A DNA stretch of 46,867 nucleotides from an uncultured Gammaproteobacteria bacterium (GTDB lineage Bacteria; Patescibacteriota; Patescibacteriia; 2-12-FULL-60-25). Below are positions 41,861-46,867 of this stretch, piece after piece; the stretch's first letter is position 1, and each line of letters starts with the position of its first letter. The DNA is taken from the NCBI GenBank assembly GCA_964640115.1, contig CAZXFK010000001.1, positions 1-46,867 of the forward strand, written 5' to 3'. The position numbers and the translations under genes were made by a program. The notes under the pieces are model-generated. The model searched no databases and was not told where the DNA came from. It worked only from the letters and a program-made list of their open reading frames with translations.

Positions 41861-44794
41861 TTATTTGATGATTGCGATTTTAATGCTATTGCCCTCATAA
41901 ACCAACTCCGCATCAGCCTCTTGATTCAGCTCCGATCCGATATAAATTTCATCAGCTTTTACCTCTTTGGCCAAATCTTGTTTCATCTCATTCAACGTTT
42001 CCATCAAACTCAAATCATCAATGGCCAAATTAACTTTAATTCTGTCTTCCGGAGTATATTCATTTTTCTTGCGCAATTGCATAATGTGACGCACAACTTC
42101 GCGAGCCAAACCTTTGCGTTTTAATTCCGGAGTCAACTCCGTATCAATTTTCGCTTCCCAGGTTTCCATGGTTGCCGTATCGGCTTTGGTGATGATTACT
42201 TTTTCAACATTCAATTCTTCGGCAATCAAACGATGCAAATCCTGTTTCTCTATCACTCTGCCATAAAGCTTCTCATCACGAATCATGACTGCGATAGAGG
42301 CTAACGCTTGTCTGACCGGTAACTTGGTTGCAACTCTTTGTTCCAAACCCGCATTTACAACATCCCTAACCCATTGCATGTCACTCAATAAACCTTGATC
42401 AACAGCTGATTCATCGGCCTTGGGCCATTTATCCAAATGCACCGACATTTTTTCGCCTTCCAAATCTTGATACAATTTCTCCGCAAAAAACGGCGCAAAC
42501 GGAGCCAACAATTTGGAAAAGGTCAACAATACTTCGCGCAATGTCCTCACCGCATCGGCCACGTCATCAAGATCTTCGGTCTGCTTCATGCGCTCACGGG
42601 ATCGTCTAAGCCACCAAGTTGATAAATCATCAACAAAAAGTCTTATCGGTCTAAGCGCATTCGCGAATTGATAATCATCCATCTCGCGTGTGATGTGCAA
42701 TGTCAATTCATCCAATCGCGAAAAAATCCATCTGTCCAACACATGCAAACTGCGCGGAGTCGCACCCGAAAGCTCAACATCCTTGGAATACGTCAGATAA
42801 AACTGGCGCACATTCCACAATATGCCAAAAACCGATCTCTGAATTTGCCTGCACTCATCATCTTTAAAACTTAAAGCCTCGGCTTGCATAATCGGCGACG
42901 CAAGCATGTACAACCGCAACGAATCCGCGCCGATAGTTTCCATCAATTCATACGGATCCGTATAATTCTTTTTCGATTTGGACATTTTCTTGCCATCCTC
43001 GGCCAGCATCATGCCCGTAACCACGATATTTTTTGCCGCCGGCTTTCCCATCAAACCCACAGCCAAAACATGCATGGTATAAAACCAACCGCGAGTTTGA
43101 TCTTGAGCCTCACCGATAAAATCCGCCGGAAAACGATTCACAAATTTTTCAGCATTTTTAAAAGGGTAATGAACCGAGGCATAAGGCATGGCACCCGATT
43201 CAAACCAACAATCAAAAACATATTCGACCCGTTTCATCTTGCTTCCGCATGCGCAAGGAACTTCCACTTTATCAATACCCGGGCGATGCATATCAAAACC
43301 TTCCGGAAATTCTCCGCCTACCGCTTCTTTAAGCTCGGCCATTGAACCGAATACACGCCTCTCTTGGCACTCATCACAAATCCAAACCGGCATGGGAGCC
43401 CCCCAATAACGCGTACGTGAGATATTCCAATCGGGCGCCATTTCCAATCCTTTGCCAAAACGACCTTCTTTAATATGCTCGGGTACCCAATGAATTTTTT
43501 TATTGGCTTCAATGAGCTTGGTCTTCAATTTTTGCACGTCCACAAACCAAGCATCTTGCGCGCGATACATTAGCAAGGTACTGCACCTCCAACACTCGGG
43601 AACGGAGTGAGTGATGGTTTCGCGTTTCAACAACAAACCGCGTTTTTCCAAATTATCCATCACCAACGGATCCGCATCTTTGATTCCCATGCCTGCAAAC
43701 TCTCCCAACTCGGGCATCATTTTACCGTCCGCATCAACTGTCAACAGCACCGCCAAATTATGAGTCTTGGCCGCTTGAAAATCCTCTTCACCGAAAGCCG
43801 GCGCCGTATGCACCAAACCTGTTCCGTCTTCCGCGCTCACATAAGGCATGGCAACAACCTTATACGCAATCTTTCCTTCGGGTACGGGTACAAAATCAAA
43901 TAAAGGCTCATACTCCAAACCTTCCAGCTCGAATCCCAATACACGCTTCTCGATTTTCGCATTCAACAAATCATCCCCCAAAACTTCCTTAATACGATCT
44001 TCCGCCAAAATCCAAGTCTCACCGTTATTTTGCATCTTGAAAATCAAATACCACATCTCCGGATTCACGGCAATGGCCGTATTGGCGGGCAATGTCCAAG
44101 GAGTCGTTGTCCAAGCCAATAAATATTCATTGTCTTTACCTTTGATTTTAAATTTGATGGTAATCGAAGGATCTTCCGCATCACGATACGAGTGCCCCAT
44201 GGTTATTTCGTGATTGGATAAGGGCGTCGCACACCGCGGACAATACAAAGAAACGCGAAAATCTTTATAGACCAAATCTTTTTTGTACAATTCCGCAAAT
44301 GCCCACCAAACCGATTCGATATAATCATCGTTCATGGTCATATACGAATTATCCATATCCACCCAACGCCCTATTCTGCTGATATATTTTCGCCAATCTT
44401 GATCGTATTTCAAAACCGAAGCTCTACAAGCATCATTGAATTTATCAATACCGTATTCCAAAATATCTTTACGGGATTTTAATTCCAAATCTTTTTCAAT
44501 CAAATTCTCAACCGGCAACCCATGACAATCCCAACCCCAAACTCTCTCAACTCTGTAACCTTTCATTGTCCAATATCTGGGGATGGCATCTTTAATCGTG
44601 CTTTGCAAAAGATGGCCGGGATGAGGCAAGCCGGTTGCAAACGGCGGACCATCGTAAAAAGTAAAAACTTTATTCTCGGATTTTTCTTCAATCGATCGCT
44701 CAAAAATATTCTTTTTTACCCAAAATTCTTGGATTTCCTCTTCCATTTTCGGAAAATCCGGTCGATTGGATGGTGTTGGTTGTGGGTTGGACAT
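41861..44794 (-). CDS. ileS: Isoleucyl-tRNA synthetase (type 2-like)
   Basis: FYDGPPFATGLPHPGHLL (HIGH region), GWDCHGLPVE and KMSKSKKN. The start is set at MSNPQPT, although the ORF opens at 44842. Confidence 0.9.
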   Translation of the reverse strand: MSNPQPTPSNRPDFPKMEEEIQEFWVKKNIFERSIEEKSENKVFTFYDGPPFATGLPHPGHLLQSTIKDAIPRYWTMKGYRVERVWGWDCHGLPVENLIEKDLELKSRKDILEYGIDKFNDACRASVLKYDQDWRKYISRIGRWVDMDNSYMTMNDDYIESVWWAFAELYKKDLVYKDFRVSLYCPRCATPLSNHEITMGHSYRDAEDPSITIKFKIKGKDNEYLLAWTTTPWTLPANTAIAVNPEMWYLIFKMQNNGETWILAEDRIKEVLGDDLLNAKIEKRVLGFELEGLEYEPLFDFVPVPEGKIAYKVVAMPYVSAEDGTGLVHTAPAFGEEDFQAAKTHNLAVLLTVDADGKMMPELGEFAGMGIKDADPLVMDNLEKRGLLLKRETITHSVPECWRCSTLLMYRAQDAWFVDVQKLKTKLIEANKKIHWVPEHIKEGRFGKGLEMAPDWNISRTRYWGAPMPVWICDECQERRVFGSMAELKEAVGGEFPEGFDMHRPGIDKVEVPCACGSKMKRVEYVFDCWFESGAMPYASVHYPFKNAEKFVNRFPADFIGEAQDQTRGWFYTMHVLAVGLMGKPAAKNIVVTGMMLAEDGKKMSKSKKNYTDPYELMETIGADSLRLYMLASPIMQAEALSFKDDECRQIQRSVFGILWNVRQFYLTYSKDVELSGATPRSLHVLDRWIFSRLDELTLHITREMDDYQFANALRPIRLFVDDLSTWWLRRSRERMKQTEDLDDVADAVRTLREVLLTFSKLLAPFAPFFAEKLYQDLEGEKMSVHLDKWPKADESAVDQGLLSDMQWVRDVVNAGLEQRVATKLPVRQALASIAVMIRDEKLYGRVIEKQDLHRLIAEELNVEKVIITKADTATMETWEAKIDTELTPELKRKGLAREVVRHIMQLRKKNEYTPEDRIKVNLAIDDLSLMETLNEMKQDLAKEVKADEIYIGSELNQEADAELVYEGNSIKIAIIK

Positions 44795-44842
44795 ATGGCT
44801 CTTATATTGGCGGAAAATTCGGGATTGGTCAACTAAACACAT

Positions 44843-44878
44843 TCTTAACGTTGATAACGTTCTTAACGTTTATAACGA
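44843..44878 (+). repeat. 9-bp tandem array (NNTAACGTT), family E
   Basis: cttaacgtt gataacgtt cttaacgtt tataacgag. Confidence 0.8.
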
Positions 44879-45130
44879 GTTAAGCGGTTAATTTGGCACA
44901 ACCTCCTAAATCCCTGTCCGCAACACATTGCTTGCGAGGCAGGCGGGTTCTTATCAGAAGAATTTATCCATTTAGTCTTCATGGCAAAGCTCAGCTTAGC
45001 TGATGAATTTAGGGTTGCGCTAAAACAACCAGTAACACCCCCTTTAATAAAGGGGGACATTTTTGTCGCACGGTAATTATTTGAACTGCGACAAAAATTG
45101 GGGGAATCCTCCGAAACAACGTATTCAAAA

Positions 45131-45157
45131 ACAAAAACCCCCGAAAGTTTTCGAGGG
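45131..45157 (-). terminator. Rho-independent terminator after the 45196-45927 gene
   Basis: On the minus strand: CCCTCGAAA-AC-TTTCGGGGG followed by TTTTTGTTTTT. Confidence 0.7.
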
Positions 45158-45195
45158 CAGAAAAAAATAAGGTAAAAAGAAGTAAGGAACAAGAG

Positions 45196-45927
45196 TTAAA
45201 GTGCGGTGCGGGCGCGGAGGGAATCGCCGGCAGCGACGAGGTTGTAGCAGTCGACAGAGAGCTTGTCGCCGCACCAGCGTACGCTAGGCACGCCGCCGTA
45301 AGAAGCACGCGAGCCGGCACAGAGCGTAACGTTCTCGATATCGAGATGCTCACCTGTCTTCCAGTGATACCACAACTCCATCAACAAGCGCTCAAGCAGG
45401 ATGATGCTTTGTGCCTCCCGCCTCGCAAGAGCATCAGCCGAGAGGTTTTTGTTTTCCTCGTCAGCTTCCACGCAATCGCGGAAACGCTTGGCGTAGGCCG
45501 CAGACGACGTGCGATCATTTGTGGGTATCGCCTTATCCAAGTCATCGCCAATGTACGAATACGCACGGAAACGCTCCCCGCACTTCGCCCACGCCTGATT
45601 CAATGTCAAACCCCGCGCGACCATCACTACCCAGCCAAAACCGGGCTGTTCGGGCGGAATCTCAACATCTGCGAGATTCACTTCGAGGTCGAAAACATCT
45701 TGATAGAAACGCTGCCACTCGGCGACCCAACCATCAGAGGGAATGAGGGAAGTTGCAGACTTAGGAGTATCGAGAATTCTCACAAAATCTCTCATCTCGA
45801 TGATCTTCTGCATGTAGCGCAAGACCTCTTCCGGATCTCGCTGTCGATGCTCTGCATCACCAATAGTCATAGCACTGATCGACGCCCACGCCTTGAACAA
45901 CTTTTCGTACACATTGCCACTGCTCAT
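45196..45927 (-). CDS. Hypothetical GC-rich protein (243 aa)
   Basis: AAGGGAG Shine-Dalgarno sequence and its own terminator. GC content is clearly above the flanks. The overlapping plus-strand ORF is an antisense shadow. No family recognised. Confidence 0.5.
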   Translation of the reverse strand: MSSGNVYEKLFKAWASISAMTIGDAEHRQRDPEEVLRYMQKIIEMRDFVRILDTPKSATSLIPSDGWVAEWQRFYQDVFDLEVNLADVEIPPEQPGFGWVVMVARGLTLNQAWAKCGERFRAYSYIGDDLDKAIPTNDRTSSAAYAKRFRDCVEADEENKNLSADALARREAQSIILLERLLMELWYHWKTGEHLDIENVTLCAGSRASYGGVPSVRWCGDKLSVDCYNLVAAGDSLRARTAL

Positions 45928-46207
45928 GGCTCACTCCCTTCTACGAACAAACTCAACACTCTCTACTCAAGAGCGACCGTCAAACACCATGTTTGAAAAC
46001 GGCTTAGCTGGCGCAACCCTCTAAATCTCACTTATCAAGGAGACTTGCGTATCTGGTTTTTAGCCCCTGATAAGGGGTTGGGGTTGTGCTAATTAAGCCG
46101 TTTTCAAATCACAATTTCAAGGTTCAAATTTAACGAAAGTTACCATAAATAAAGCATTTTGTCAATGCTTTAGCCATAAATGCTTAAATGCGCTAAAATG
46201 TCATTAT

Positions 46208-46648
46208 ATGCAACTCTTCCTCGCATCCGACCATGCCGGTTTTAAACTCAAAGAAGCCATCAAAAAAGAACTCGGCAAAACACACAACATCATCGACGTA
46301 ACTCCCGTTTTTAATAAAGACGACGACTACCCTTTAGTCGCCAAAAAACTCGTTAAACATCTTCGACGTGGGACAAGCGACGCGGGACGAGCGACGATGT
46401 CAGTTTTCATCTGTGGCTCCGGTGTTGGTGCGGCAATAGCCTCAAACAGATACAAAGGCATTCGCGCCGCCCAAGGCTACGACAAAAAAGAAATCCAACT
46501 CGCCCGCGAGCATAACGATATCAATGTCCTCACTCTCTCCGGCTGGAACACAAAACCAAAAGAAGCTCTTGCATTAATCGACGTCTTCCTCAAAACCCCA
46601 ACATCCAAAGCCATTCGACATAAGAGACGGATAAAACAACTGTCTTGA
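46208..46648 (+). CDS. rpiB: Ribose-5-phosphate isomerase B
   Basis: LASDHAGFKLKE...ICGSGVGAAIASNRYKGIRAA...AREHNDINVLTLSG is the RpiB/LacAB signature. Confidence 0.88.
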   Translation: MQLFLASDHAGFKLKEAIKKELGKTHNIIDVTPVFNKDDDYPLVAKKLVKHLRRGTSDAGRATMSVFICGSGVGAAIASNRYKGIRAAQGYDKKEIQLAREHNDINVLTLSGWNTKPKEALALIDVFLKTPTSKAIRHKRRIKQLS

Positions 46649-46867
46649 ACCACGATTCGCATGATTTCCGCTCACAATTATCATGATTATTTTATTGTCT
46701 GAACCTTGATTATCCCGAACTAGTGGAAAGTTCATCAAGTCTAAAGTTTATCAAGAGAAGCTTAGGTTACTCTTGATGAACTTGTTACTTTTAACTTGAT
46801 GAACTCATCTAGTAATCAAGACACGTCGTTCGCGAACGACAGTGTCAAGTTAATCAAGGTTCAGACG
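46641..46867. mobile_element. MITE-like element(s), TGTCTGAACC family (copy 4, runs to the window edge)
   Basis: TGTCTTGAACCACGATT at 46641 contains the rpiB TGA stop codon. TTGTCTGAACCTTGATTA is at 46695, and the inverted terminus AATCAAGGTTCAGAC is at 46852-46866. Confidence 0.55.

Noticed and set aside
45346-45996. Plus-strand 216-aa ORF opposite the gene at 45196-45927.
   Set aside because: It has no SD sequence and would start within GC-rich DNA. The minus-strand ORF has an SD sequence, a terminator and more protein-like composition. High GC content inflates antisense ORFs.

Overview
This 46.9-kb window comes from an AT-leaning, compact bacterial genome. The housekeeping backbone is rpsP plus a KH protein, trxA, infB, truB, rny, ymdB, HU, proS, polX, a FemAB-type transferase, ruvA, a Hanks kinase, ileS and rpiB, with tRNA-Leu(CAA), tRNA-Lys(CTT) and tRNA-Arg(CCG). 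It is interleaved with many ORFans. The gene content (Elp3, DUF559, a TrmB regulator, a giant ORFan, a minimal ProRS) suggests a Patescibacteria/CPR-like lineage, but that is inference only. I found no rRNA, CRISPR array, transposase, integrase or recognisable phage genes, and I cannot point to one clearly novel system. The observations most worth follow-up are: (1) an Elp3 radical-SAM/GNAT gene carries a complete DUF559 (Vsr-like endonuclease) module inserted in frame between GC-clamp palindromes, and it sits divergently next to a Trm9-like methyltransferase. (2) A roughly 7.4-kb block of a TrmB regulator plus about ten ORFans separates rny from ymdB. (3) Almost every intergenic region contains degenerate tandem arrays with 7-bp period (some 8-9 bp), in a few sequence families, often placed between a stop codon and its terminator or directly before a start codon. 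(4) A MITE-like family is bounded by TTGTCTGAACCTTGATT inverted termini, and two copies supply the stop codon of the adjacent gene. (5) GC-rich single-gene patches with strong Shine-Dalgarno sites contrast with SD-less or near-leaderless core genes; one patch lies between nested inverted repeats. (6) A 1506-aa ORFan sits directly downstream of the FemAB-type gene. All functional calls come from motif recognition by eye, and no database search was run.
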